The notes under the pieces are model-generated. The model ran no database searches. It was not told where the DNA came from and worked only from the letters and a program-made list of their open reading frames with translations. Shown in pieces: positions 1 through 11,660 of a DNA stretch of 64,000 bases; within the stretch, counting starts at the first letter, position 1, and each line of letters starts with the position of its first letter. The position numbers were made by a program, and so were the translations under genes. The DNA is from Octopus vulgaris (lineage: Eukaryota): positions 56,110,001 through 56,174,000 of the forward strand of contig OX597819.1 in the NCBI GenBank assembly GCA_951406725.2, in the 5' to 3' direction.

Positions 1-198
1 ACTCCTTTACTCTTTTACTTGTTTCAGTCATGTGCTGGAGCACAGCCTTTAGTCGAGCAAATCGACCCCAGGACTTATTCTATCGGTCTCTTTTGCCGAA
101 CCGCTTAGTTACGGGGGTGTAAACACACCAGCATCGGTTGTCGAGCGATGTTGGGGGGACAAACACGGATACACAAACACACACACACACATACACAT
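1..198 (-). mobile_element. tRNA-headed SINE family S1, 3' half (5' half at 1267-1410; split by insert 199-1220)
   Basis: Matches the 3' half of uninterrupted copies at 8976-9414, 34375-34836 and 45908-46297. Confidence 0.85.
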
Positions 199-683
199 AA
201 GGGACTAAAGCCATCATGCTAGATAGGGAGGGTGGTGGGTGTTACTGTGCATTTAGCCCCAGGCGAACATCGACGTCACCAGAAGACCGTCACGGTGCCT
301 AACCGAAATATCGATACGAAACACACAACCATGTTTCAGGTGGTATCACGGCGGTGGTGGCCTCCGCTCGACGAATCACTCTGCAGGATTTTTTATGATT
401 TTCAGCAAATACATTTGCTGATTCGAAAATCTGCGAAGCAAATATATATATAATATATATAAGCCATCTGAATAGGTAGACAGCAGGGGGGTGTTAGCCC
501 TGTCCCTAGCCATATTCAGATGGCTTTAGTCCCTTATGTTATCGAGCAGTTACTGTCTATATCCCTTTTAGAGAATTATTATTGCTTTCGAACAGATTTT
601 CGAAATCAGCAAATGTATTTTGCTTGAAAATCTATATAAGAAAATCCTGCAGAGTGAGAATTCGTCGAGGAAGCGGAGGCCTA

Positions 684-733
684 CCACACGCCGATGATAG
701 GCAATACACCTTGAAACCATGGTCCGTGTGTGG
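684..733 (+). ncRNA. Minimal type I hammerhead ribozyme (U4C core variant)
   Basis: cacacg-CCGATGA-t agg caataca cct t-GAAA-ccatgg-TC-cgtgtg; stem III palindrome accatggt; stem I extends as gaagcgga/tccgcttc. Confidence 0.8.
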
Positions 734-961
734 TTTCCGCTTCATCGGGGAATTACCTCCCTTTGCAGGTTAAGGGCACCGTGACGGTGTCGAGCCTTTC
801 TGGTGACGTCGATGTTCGCCTGGGGCTAAATGCAACAGTAACACCCCCACCACCCTGCCCTGTCCCTAGCCATATTCAGATGGCTTTAGTCCCTTATGTT
901 ATCGAGCAGTTACTGTCTATATCCCTTTTAGAGAATTATTATTGCGAGAAGCGGAGGCCTA

Positions 962-1011
962 CCACACGCCGATGATAGGCAATACACCTTGAAACCATGG
1001 TCCGTGTGTGG
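962..1011 (+). ncRNA. Minimal type I hammerhead ribozyme, second tandem copy
   Basis: Same sequence as 684-733; GTC at 1000-1002. Confidence 0.8.
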
Positions 1012-1219
1012 TTTCCGCTTCATCGGGGAATTACCTCCTTTGCAGGTTAAGGGCACCGTGACGGTGTCGAGCCTTTCTGGTGACGTCGATGTTCGCCTGG
1101 GGCTAAATGCAACAGTAACACCCCCACCACCCTGCCTGTCCCTAGCCATATTCAGATGGCTTTAGTCCTTATGTTATCGAGCAGTTACTGTCTATATCCC
1201 TTTTAGAGAATTATTATTG

Positions 1220-1266
<47 letters not shown>

Positions 1267-1270
<4 letters not shown>

Positions 1271-1410
1271 CGACGGGCTCCTTTCAGTTTCCGTCTACCA
1301 AATCCACTCACAAGGCTTTGGTCGGCCCGAGGCGATAGTAGAAGACACTTGCCCAAGGTGCCACGCAGTGGAACTGAACCCGGAAACATATGGTTCGTAA
1401 GCAAGCTACA
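1267..1410 (-). mobile_element. SINE S1, 5' half
   Basis: tacgacgggctcctttcagtttccg...gaacccggaaacatatggttcgtaagcaagcta matches other S1 heads. Confidence 0.85.
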
Positions 1411-1761
1411 AAATTTCAGATAAACAAAATTCAGACAAGCAACTTCATAATTCAGATGTATGACATGAAGTATTATTCCATTCAAATAACCGCATATCTA
1501 TATTATACATAAGGGGTATTATGAAAGTAGAAAATATATTAAAGGAGGCGATTGAAAGGATCAGACCAAACCTGCGGCCGTTTGAGAAGAGTTTTAAGGG
1601 GCTGTAGGAATTAGTCCACATTCAGCTCACTGTATAAAGACATTTCCTTCCTCAGGGTTCCTTTCTCGTGGTAAAAATCCAGTAAAATCCAGTGGTGAAA
1701 ATTCAGCTTTTGAGTATCTATGAATAAGTGATATATATACATACATACATACATACATACA

Positions 1762-1835
<74 letters not shown>

Positions 1836-1955
1836 GGTACAATAAATTCAGGGTGAATACTTGATAAGTGTAAGCACCTGTATATGCCAGCTAGTAGCAG
1901 AGGTGAGAGGGTATATAAATCAAATAAAATAAAAAAACAGAACACAAAGGATGTC

Positions 1956-2047
1956 GCGGTACACGTGTTTCAAGCTTTATAAAACAATCTATTCTTACAT
2001 CAATGTGTAATCGACATAACAGATGGTTTAAAGCTCTCTTCAGCCGC
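1956..2047 (-). ncRNA. Type I hammerhead ribozyme
   Basis: Reverse complement of 2379-2470 with core intact. Confidence 0.8.
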
Positions 2048-2378
2048 ATGCACTTGCTATACCAAAGAATTACATCACATTATGAAATTATGAAAAATCC
2101 GAAAATGTACATTTGGTATTATCTATAATGCTGGGTATATTGAGTTTCACTGAGAAAGTATGTTTGTAATCAAACCTACTTTGTTGACTGATGATAGAGT
2201 ATGGACGGATTTTTGAAGTCCAATGGTACCCTACACACATATTTGATTATGAAGATTTACAAACATACTTTCTCAGTGAAACTCAATATACCCACAATTA
2301 TAGATAATACCAAATGTACATTTTCGGATTTTTCCTAATTTCATAATGTGACGTACTTCTTTGGTATAGCGAGTGCAT

Positions 2379-2470
2379 GCGGCTGAAGAGAGCTTTAAAC
2401 CATCTTTTATGTCGATTACACATTGATGTAAGAATAGGTTGTTTTATAAAGCTTGAAACACGTGTACCGC
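2379..2470 (+). ncRNA. Type I hammerhead ribozyme with long stem II
   Basis: gcgg-CTGAAGA-gagcttta...taaagctt-GAAA-cacgtg-TA-ccgc; palindromic stem III acacgtgt. Confidence 0.85.
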
Positions 2471-2925
2471 GATATCTTTTGTGTTCTGTTTTTTATTTCA
2501 TTTGATGCATATATATATATGAGGATGTGTGTATGTGCCCGTACGTGTGTATGTTTTTTAAAAATTAAAATCTGTAGAGGAGAATGAGGAATGCCTTGTG
2601 TAGTAGCAGAGCAAGAAAAAATATCACGATTGTTGTTCGTCTAGCAATGTGTGTGCCTCTGTAAAAGAAATAACTAATTTCAATTTTAATTAATTTTTTT
2701 GTGGAGTTCCTAGGTTTCGTCTTTGCTTCAATTAATATATTTTTATTTCTAAACATGTCTGACGAACAATTTTCATAATTCAGCTGAAATACAATACACA
2801 CAATGTTGCCTGATGTTTGAAAATAACCAATATAGCAACAATGTCTAGACAACGGACATAAACACACAAATGTAAGCATGTGTGATACATACATACATAC
2901 ATACATACATACATACATACATACA

Positions 2926-2959
<34 letters not shown>

Positions 2960-3007
2960 CACACACACTTATGTATGTTTATATACACATATGTACATAT
3001 GTACGTA

Positions 3008-3041
<34 letters not shown>

Positions 3042-3539
3042 GGGAGAGAGAGAGAGAGAAAGAGAGATAGAAAGAAAGAGAGATGATACACACAAACATA
3101 CACACAGACCCAAATATAAATTCGCAGTTATTTAATCATAGAACTTTTTGTATTTCCTAAATATCTTTTAATATCACGTTTATTTTATTACATTGCACGT
3201 ATAGACAGCTTTTCATATAGTTTAATGTTTATTTCGCATACTCTAATATCGTCCAACTTCTATTTTCATATGAATGTAAAAGCAGAACTTTATTACTTGG
3301 TCCATTTTCATATGCTTTCCTCCATTCTATATAACGAGTCCAAAACATTTACGTGATATCTAAATTTCTTTCCCTTTTATCTTCCTATTCAGTATACTTC
3401 AGTTTTCAACGGTTTTCTGATAGTTTTTTTTTTCTGTAGCCTCAGAACACATACGTCCAACTTCCCAGCTTCCATAACGCATAACTGACCGAGATCCCAG
3501 CATTCCTCTCAACAAGACATTGGTCCGGTGCAGGGTCCA

Positions 3540-4096
3540 ATGCCAGCAATCTTGAGAGAAGGGAGCGAGTTGATTACGTCGACCTTAATACTTGACTGGT
3601 AATTTGTTTTATTGACTTCTAAGGGGTGAAAGGCAAGTTTGACTTCAGCGGGATTTGAACTCAGAACGTACTTAAGACACGGAACAAATACCTATTTCTT
3701 TACTACCCACAAGGGGCTAAACATAGAGAGAACAAACGGATCAAGTCGATTATATCGACCCCAGTGCGTAACCAGTACTTAATTTATCGACCCCGAAAGG
3801 ATGAAAAGCAAAGTCGACCTCGGCGGAATTTGAACTCAGAACGTAGCGGCAGACGAAATACCTATTTCTTTACTGCTCACAAGGGGCTGAACACAGAGAG
3901 GACAAACAAGGACAGACAAACGGATTAAGTCGATTATATCGACCCCAGTGCGTAACTGGTAATTATTTAATCGATCCCAAAAGGATGAAAGGCAAAGTCG
4001 ACCTCGGCGGAATTTGAACTCAGAACGTAGCGGCAGACGAAATACCGCCACTTATTTCGTCCGGCGTGCTAATGATTTCTGCCTGCTCGCCGCCTT
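3540..4096 (-). mobile_element. SINE family S2, head-to-tail tandem array
   Basis: ~170-180-bp units (tacctatttctttact...gaactcagaacgtag); single head at 4050-4096. Confidence 0.85.
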
Positions 4097-5808
4097 AAAC
4101 ATACGCAAAATTAAACACGATTGTTATTGGTCTTGCTTTATATTATATTTGGGTACAGGGATGGCTGCGTGGATAGAAAGTTCGCTTCGAAATCATGTGA
4201 TTTAGGGTTCAGATCTATTGCGCTGCAAATGGAACAAGCGTTTACAACTATAAACCCGAGTCGTCTAACACATTGTGAATTAATTTGGAACCGGATACGT
4301 TCAAGAAACTGTGCTTAGCAGACCAGGTACTTTTCTCGAATGTCTGCAAAAGAGTTTTTCTTTAAAGACACCCAAGGGTCAATTGTTGGTGTTAATCCGG
4401 TCGATAGTGTTAGTGGATCACGGCTGTCTAGTAAAAAAGTTCGCTTCGTAATCGAGCAGTTTACAGGTCGGCATCATCTTGGGTAAAAGTGTTGTATTAT
4501 AGTCTCCGGTTGATTAAAGCTGTACGATTAAATTTTGGGTGACAAAACAGTGCTGGAGGCCCCCACACGCACGCACACACACACACACACACATACATAG
4601 ATGGACAAACAGAAAGATAAATATATATAAATAGGCGCAGATTATTAGGAATTTGTATCGGACATAAGTGCATAATAATATTTGTTTCTATCCCAGGAAA
4701 TCCCATATACAACCAGATCAACTTTTTCCCCAAACTAATTCGGTAAAATAAGTGCCAAACAGAGTATCCGGATCGATATAACCAATTAAATCCCTTAAAG
4801 GCGAACCGCCAGCATGGTTGTATTCCAATGACGAAAACCTGTAATCGAAAGAAAGAACAGAATATCGAAAATATTCATTTGAAATTTGTGCATTCTTAAA
4901 TTGACCTTTTAGGAATGTCTTCTCAGCTGTGTTAAATTCGTCCTTTCATTTCCTATCCTTTGGCCTTTTAGAATAAATTTCATCCATAGATAGAATCCTA
5001 TAACCAGAAACCTATCCATCAACTTCTCTATGAAAGCTATTAGCCGATGGACTTTCATTGACTTACACTGACGACTATCTCTGACTTACACTCATGCACA
5101 ATATTAAATTCTTCCTATTTCAATCGGATTGCAGATCTTTGTCTAATTCCTATCAAAAGAAATAAATTTAGAGATCGATAGTTTTCAGTCGATTCTGCTG
5201 AAATGCTCTTTGATGCTATTCGATAGCATATGCAAAATTCATACACATCAATCTATTTCATTTGTATCTACTACAAGACGAAATTATTGGTGACAACGAA
5301 ATATTCTGTCAGATGTACACATATATGGTCTCGTGCATTTAGGAAAGATTGACAAAAACATATATATATATATATATATATAAACTGAATAAGATTAAAA
5401 CGACTACGTAGAAGCAGAAAGTGTCAAATTAATAGAGAAACCCTGTTAAAAAGTAGCGATGTTTATATCTTACCTAATGGTCTTAGACATATAAAAGGAA
5501 GAAAGAATACAAAAATGATTTTAGATGGTACTATGAAACAAGAAACAAAACAAATCACTGAACAACGTCGAATACAAAGTTTCTAATATTAGTTTCATGT
5601 TGAAAACTCTCGGTACACATCGCTGAGAATTGGCAACGCTCTAAAATGACTTCATACACAGCTGCAAGGTATCAAATTTCGGGAGAAGAGAATAGTTGGT
5701 TACAATGACCCTTGTAAATTACTTGTACTTCATTAATAAGTGAAGGGTGAATGGCTGAGTTGACCTTAGTGATAATTGAGTGCAGAACGTAAAGGACTGT
5801 AACTAAAT

Positions 5809-6122
5809 GGGGAGACCTCCCCTTCGGTCATGAATGACCATGGGATTGCGCCTAGAATGTTACCCTCCGAGGCACAAGAACGGGCAAGGTTGTTTATAGA
5901 AGGCCAGCAGTCGCCCATGCATACCAGCCACTGATGTTATCAAAGGCCGATACAGCTTGGCACCAGTGATGTCGCAACTCATTCCTACACCTGAGTTAAC
6001 TGGAGCAACGTGAAATAAAGTGTCTTGCTCAAGAACACAACACGCAGCCCGGTCCGGGAATCGAACTCACAACCTCACGATCGTAAGCTCGACGCTCTAA
6101 CCACGGAGCCATGCGCCTTTAC
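5809..6122 (-). mobile_element. tRNA-headed SINE (family S4) with 18-bp TSD, inserted in an old S2 copy
   Basis: TSD aaaggactgtaactaaat at 5791-5808 and 6123-6140; A-box gtggttagagcg and B-box gttcgattcc on minus strand. Confidence 0.9.
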
Positions 6123-6732
6123 AAAGGACTGTAACTAAATACTATATTATTCGCAGTTCTATTGATTCTCCAGTTCAATAATACACACACAGTGAAGGTC
6201 GTGTGTTCGATTCCCGGTGGCACAGTGTGCCCTTGAGCAAGACACTTTATTTCACATTGCTCTAGTCCACTGAATTGGCAAAAGTGAGTTGTACCTGTAA
6301 TACAAAGAGCCAGCCTTGTCCCACCTAGTTTATTTCATGAACTTAGCAAAGATGGACAGCGAAGTTGATATCATCGGAATTTGAACTCTGAATGCAACGA
6401 CCGTAACTAAATAATGCAACCATTTTTCTCTCGTCAGTTTACCGATTGTGCCAATAAAAGAAATTTAGAAGTTTGAAGTTTGAGACAAAAGTCAATGTAT
6501 AAATATGAAAACTGTACCTTCTCGTTCGAAATTATGTCGAGCGTAATGAGCAAAAGAGGCGCGCTGACGACGGTGTAAGTTATTCAGTCATCGTGCTTTA
6601 TATATTTTATCGCTTTAAGGTAGGAAAGAGATGACGATGGCTTCCATGATGGAGAGCAAGAGAAGATTCGTGTGACAAAATGATTCAAATATGACTGCTG
6701 TTGACCTCTGGAAACACACACACACACACAAA

Positions 6733-6816
<84 letters not shown>

Positions 6817-7389
6817 TATATATATAAAAAACTTAGATAAATAAAAAATTAGATATGTTTCGACCAAAGATTGGTCCAGGCCATGTCTAACTTAATAGCA
6901 CCACCTGATAGGATTATCTAAATCCTGTTTAAGTCAAGTTTTGTTTATGGTCCATTGAAGTAGTGAGTTCTTGTTGAGTGAGTTGTATCCAGGTATAGGT
7001 GGCTTATCCGGCAGTTGTATCCAGGTATGGGTGGCCTTTTATACACACACACACACACACACGTATATATGTACATACTTTCCTCGCTATAGACATATAC
7101 GTCGTGGACAGGCGGTCTATTCACTGCTGACTTGGTTCGGGTACGTGATGTTGATAAGACATAAAAATTGTGAAACATTGACGTCTATCATTCCTGAATG
7201 GGTTTTGGGGTGATTTAATCCGCTTGTCTATGACATTCAGGTGTGTTAAAATCCGGCACGTTGAAAGAGTCATCTTTACCACACCAATTTACAACCCACA
7301 CTTACAGGCACACACATACAGATACACACAGACGCATACATGCACACACAGATGCACGAAGCAGTGTAAGATATGAAAGAAAGAAAGAA

Positions 7390-7812
7390 AGGCGGCGAGC
7401 TGGCAGAAACGTTAGCACGCTGTCTTTAGCCCCTTGTGGGTAGTAAAGAAATAGGTATTTTGTCTGTCGTTACGTTCTGAGTTCAAATTCTGCCGAGGTC
7501 GACTTTGCCTTTCATCCTTTCGGGGTCGACCAGCTACGCACTGGGGTCGATATAATCGACTTAATCCGTTTGTCTGTCCTTGTGTGTCTCCTCTGTGTTT
7601 AGCCCCTTGTGGGTAGTAAAGAAATAGGTATTTCGTCTGTCGTTACGTTCTGAGTTCAAATTCCACCGAGGTCAACTTTGCCTTTTATCCTTTCGGGGTC
7701 GATTAAATAAGTACCAGGTACGCACTGGGGTCAATATAATCGACTTAATCCGTTTCTCTGTCCTTGTCCGTCCCCTCTGTGTTTAGCCCCTTGTGAGTAG
7801 TAAAGAAATAGA
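7390..7812 (+). mobile_element. SINE S2 tandem array
   Basis: Head ggcggcgagctggcagaaacg then repeated ggtatttcgtctg...gtaaagaaata units. Confidence 0.85.
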
Positions 7813-7879
7813 TATGAAAGAAAGATAGAAAGAGAGAGAAGGTAAGAAAGAATGAATATGACTTAAAAAACCCCAGCAT

Positions 7880-7913
7880 GACTTTGGTCGACGGAAACTG
7901 AAAGAAGCTCGTC

Positions 7914-7969
<56 letters not shown>

Positions 7970-8125
7970 GTGCATGTGTATATGTTTGTGTATCTGTGTT
8001 TGTCCTCATATCAGCATCGCTCGACAACCGATGCTGGTGTGTTTACATCCTCGTAACTTAGCGGTTCGGCACAAGAGACCGATAGAATAAGTACTAGGCT
8101 TACAAAGAATAAGTCCTGGGGTCGA
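7880..8125 (+). mobile_element. SINE S1, truncated
   Basis: Matches S1 body including internal (TA)n. Confidence 0.8.
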
Positions 8126-8975
8126 ACCAACCAAATGAAAATTTGCGTATTAGAGAAAAACCCATGAAAGATGCTACATGCTTGTAGTTTAAGAGACAGT
8201 GAGAGAGGGAGAGGAGAGAGAGAAGGATAGCGAGAAGGAGAGAAATAGAGAGAAAGGGAAGAGAGAGAAAGAAAGGGAGAGAAGACTTTGCTAAAAAGAG
8301 GACATTGGAGCTTACATGTAGGAGAGAAAGAGAGTGAAGCAAAAAAGAAGAACGGAAAGAGAACTTACGCAATTATCTTGCTTCACAGTCTAGATTTGAT
8401 TAAGGCTTTTGAAGTGGAGTCCGTTTTATATGGATCAATTAATTATGAAATGCTGCTTAATTATATTTATATACATATTTGTATGGCTTATTTATAAGCA
8501 CTTTGATGCCATTAACTACTACCTGCTCCTCTAATATTTTAGTGTTTTTTGAATTACGTCTTCTATCATTTGATGTTGGAATTTAGGTTGATGTTTAGCA
8601 TCGATCTGGTCTCAATACTAATCTATTTGTATCTATTATGTACCTTTTCACATAGACTCGACGATTGTACATACATACATACACACTCAAAGCACGCACG
8701 CGCACACACAAACACACACACACATGGTTGTGTGATTAAGAACATTTCTTTGCAACCACGTGGTTCTGTGTAAAGTCTCACTCATAGCAGTGTTTTCCAC
8801 TATAGCCGCATAGGTGTAGGTGGATTTGGTAGAATTGGTAGATGGAAACTAAAAGAAACCCGACATACATATACACACATATAAATACAAACATACAGTC
8901 ATGCATACATGCATACATGCATGCATACATGCATGCATACATACAGACATACATATACACACATATATGTATATC

Positions 8976-9208
8976 TCTTTTACTTTTTTACGTGTTTCAG
9001 TCATTTGACTGTGGCCATGCTGCAGCACCGCCTTTAGTTGAGCAAATCGACCCCAGGACTTATTCTTTGTAAGCCAAGTACTTATTCTATCGGTCTCTTT
9101 TGCTGAACCGCTAAGTTACGGGGACGTAAACACACCAGCATCAATTGTCGGGCGATGTTGGAGTGGGGGGAAACACAGATACACAACATAAACACGCACA
9201 TACATATG

Positions 9209-9250
<42 letters not shown>

Positions 9251-9414
9251 TACGACGGGTTTCTTTCAGTTTCCGTCTACCAAATCCACTCACAAGGCTT
9301 TGTTCGACCCGAGGCTATAGTAGAAGACACTTACCCAAGATGCCATGTAGTGGGACTGAACCCGGAACCATGTGGTTCGTAAGCAAGCTAATTACCACAC
9401 AACCACTCCTACGC
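8976..9414 (-). mobile_element. SINE S1, full length
   Basis: Head, internal microsatellite and tail all present. Confidence 0.9.
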
Positions 9415-9691
9415 CTGGTGATTAATACACGTTGAGGACGGATAACTACTCAGAAAGTCAAGTCCGTGTGTATCACGTAAGCCCAACTAAGTGTGGCGTC
9501 TTACACAGGATAGTGCTACTGATGTTTCTAGTCCCAGGAAAAAATTTCCTCTAGCTGACTAACGATATATATTCTATGTCCGATTGGTTTTTGCGAGGGG
9601 AGGTCATCGCTCCCATCTCTAGCCTTACGTGATACACACGGACTTGAGTTTCTGGGTGGTTACCCGTCCTTAGCGTGTGTTAATCACCAGG
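9415..9691. mobile_element. Family A fold-back with two degenerate, convergent hammerheads (9427-9469 +, 9634-9680 -)
   Basis: Arms 9415-9480/9625-9691; cores TTGAGGA and CTAAGGA give consensus CTGAGGA; spacer homologous to 44690-44820. Confidence 0.75.
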
Positions 9692-9729
9692 TAGTGATGG
9701 AAGCATACATACATACATACATACATACA

Positions 9730-9761
<32 letters not shown>

Positions 9762-9764
9762 AAA

Positions 9765-10037
9765 GGGTAAAGAGCCCCTTCGGTCATGAATGACAATTGG
9801 ATCGAACCTAGAAAGTTCTCCGCCCAGGCACAAGTCCGGCAAGGTTGTTTATGGAAGACCAGCAGTCACCCATAAATACCAACCTCCCCTCTTCACGTTG
9901 CTGATGTTATCTAAGAGTAAGGCAAAGGCCGATGCAGCTTGTTACCAGTGACATCGCAGCTCATTTCTACAGCTGAGTGAACTGGAGTAACATGAAATTA
10001 AGTGTCTTGCTCAAGAACACAACACACAACCCGGTCC

Positions 10038-10038
<1 letters not shown>
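9765..10038 (-). mobile_element. SINE S4, head truncated
   Basis: Homologous to 5809-6060. Confidence 0.8.
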
Positions 10039-10078
<40 letters not shown>

Positions 10079-10080
<2 letters not shown>

Positions 10081-10500
10081 TTTTCTGCCAGTGGCCTAGT
10101 ATGTATACAAAGTCAATAGACATATTTTTCAGATAAAAATTAGTGTACATTTTTTCCTACCCTGTGTAAACTTAAGAAATGATTTTAGCAATTTTCGAAG
10201 TTTAATCGGAACTTTTATTTGCTGCCGATTGAAATTATGCTTGCACGGTGGATTTGAAAAATTATGATATATAAGGATGAGACACGTGTTATTTGGTCTC
10301 TAATTTATATATTAATGTTTTGGCGTATCCGCTGATGAGAGCTTCGCCTTGAAAAATTATTTTATTTGCTAATTAAAGTTCGAACCTGAGCTGTAAAACA
10401 TGGTTAATGTTTATATTTTTCATTCGCTTCGAAATTGCGTTTAACTGTGGTTAAACTTTTTGACTGTTCTTCCTAGTGTGTTAGGCAACCTGTTTATGTT
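10079..10500. mobile_element. Microsatellite-flanked Penelope-like fragment with partial hammerhead
   Basis: Terminal motif cagtggcctagt at 10089; CTGATGA-gagctt...aagttc-GAAc at 10332-10385, without a clear stem III/stem I. Confidence 0.45.
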
Positions 10501-10568
10501 TTGCCTCTTTGTGTATAAATGTATCTGTTAATGGCTTGCTTCTGTGTATATGAAATATACATACATAA

Positions 10569-10645
<77 letters not shown>

Positions 10646-10646
10646 A

Positions 10647-10681
<35 letters not shown>

Positions 10682-10682
<1 letters not shown>

Positions 10683-10800
10683 CACGTGACCGACCAGGCT
10701 ATCAGATGTTGCTGCACATCGCTTGTCACAATACGCCTCGCATTGTTTTAGCCTTCAAATGACGCCACCCCACTGGCTAAGCGAACAGGCGAATAGAAGA
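10682..10800 (-). mobile_element. SINE S3 tail fragment
   Basis: Reverse complement of 20655-20772. Confidence 0.75.
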
Positions 10801-11432
10801 AAGATTATATATATATAAAAGTATTTTATGTCAATATCTAAGCTTTTATGCTGCGATTGCCATTTTATTTCTTTTACATAAATATCAGTGACAGCTGAGC
10901 ATGATATATCGATCCATATTTATAGATTATATGTGCTCTTAATGATAGTAATACTTTAACACTAGTTGAAGTGTCTGTGCATTGATCGATGACCGGGCAA
11001 GCGTGGTGCTGAATTATCCATTATTCACGACGGAATAAACGTTTCGATATGTAGATTAACATATGAAAGTAAAAAATGTCGTAATATCAGTGTTACCATA
11101 GTTAACTTAAACAGACTTTTGAAGATCTATTTGGAGTAATGGCGATATTTATTGTCCTTCTTTTGTTTTCTTTGTCACCCCATTTGTTGGGCTTTTAATC
11201 TAGAATTTCAAGGTACCTATAACCTGACACTTCGATTATAAATTCTATCTATGAAAATAAATTCTGCGGTCTGTAACCAGGTGAGGTGTCTTTGCGAGAA
11301 TTTATCGTCGGCACTGAACTGATGATGCGGCCATTGTTTTCTTTTTTTCTATTTAATCGTCCACAAAGTGGTCCTGATGAAAGGGTTAATGAGACCATAA
11401 TGAGACCATAATGAGATCATAATGAGACCATA

Positions 11433-11660
11433 AGGTGGCGGGCTGGCAGAAACATTAGCAGAAACAATGCTTAGCGGTATTTCGTTTGACGTTACCTTCT
11501 GAGTTCAAATTCCGCCGTGGTCGGCTTTGCCTTTCATCATTTCGGGGTCGATAAATTAAGTACCAGTTACGCACTGGGGTCGATGTAATCGACTTAATCC
11601 GTGTGTCTGTCCTTGTTTGTACCCTCTATGTTTAGTCCCCTGTGGGCAATAAAGAAATAA
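11433..11660 (+). mobile_element. SINE S2 monomer
   Basis: Head plus one body unit. Confidence 0.85.

Larger units (their letters stand above)
199..1220 (+). mobile_element. Hammerhead-carrying tandem+inverted element, family A (retrozyme/Penelope-like, non-autonomous)
   Basis: Block gtccctagccatattcagatgg...attattgc occurs at 502, 862 and 1138; degraded inverted copy at 199-445; ends in (TA)n at 1221. Confidence 0.8.
1914..2508. mobile_element. Fold-back element with a hammerhead in each arm (family B)
   Basis: ~255-bp arms (about 1914-2171 vs 2254-2508) with scattered mismatches; TA-rich flanks. Confidence 0.85.

Noticed and set aside
2188-2194. Isolated CTGATGA (also CTGACGA near 40545 and 46609)
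   Set aside because: No paired stem II with GAAA and NUH in a suitable arrangement
6584-6712. Possible minus-strand exon after (TG)n-ttccag
   Set aside because: No recognisable protein or donor site; cannot be supported without RNA data
6845-6895. Hammerhead-like motif on minus strand (gacca atctt tggtc-GAAA-cata-TC)
   Set aside because: No recognisable CUGANGA core upstream of stem II
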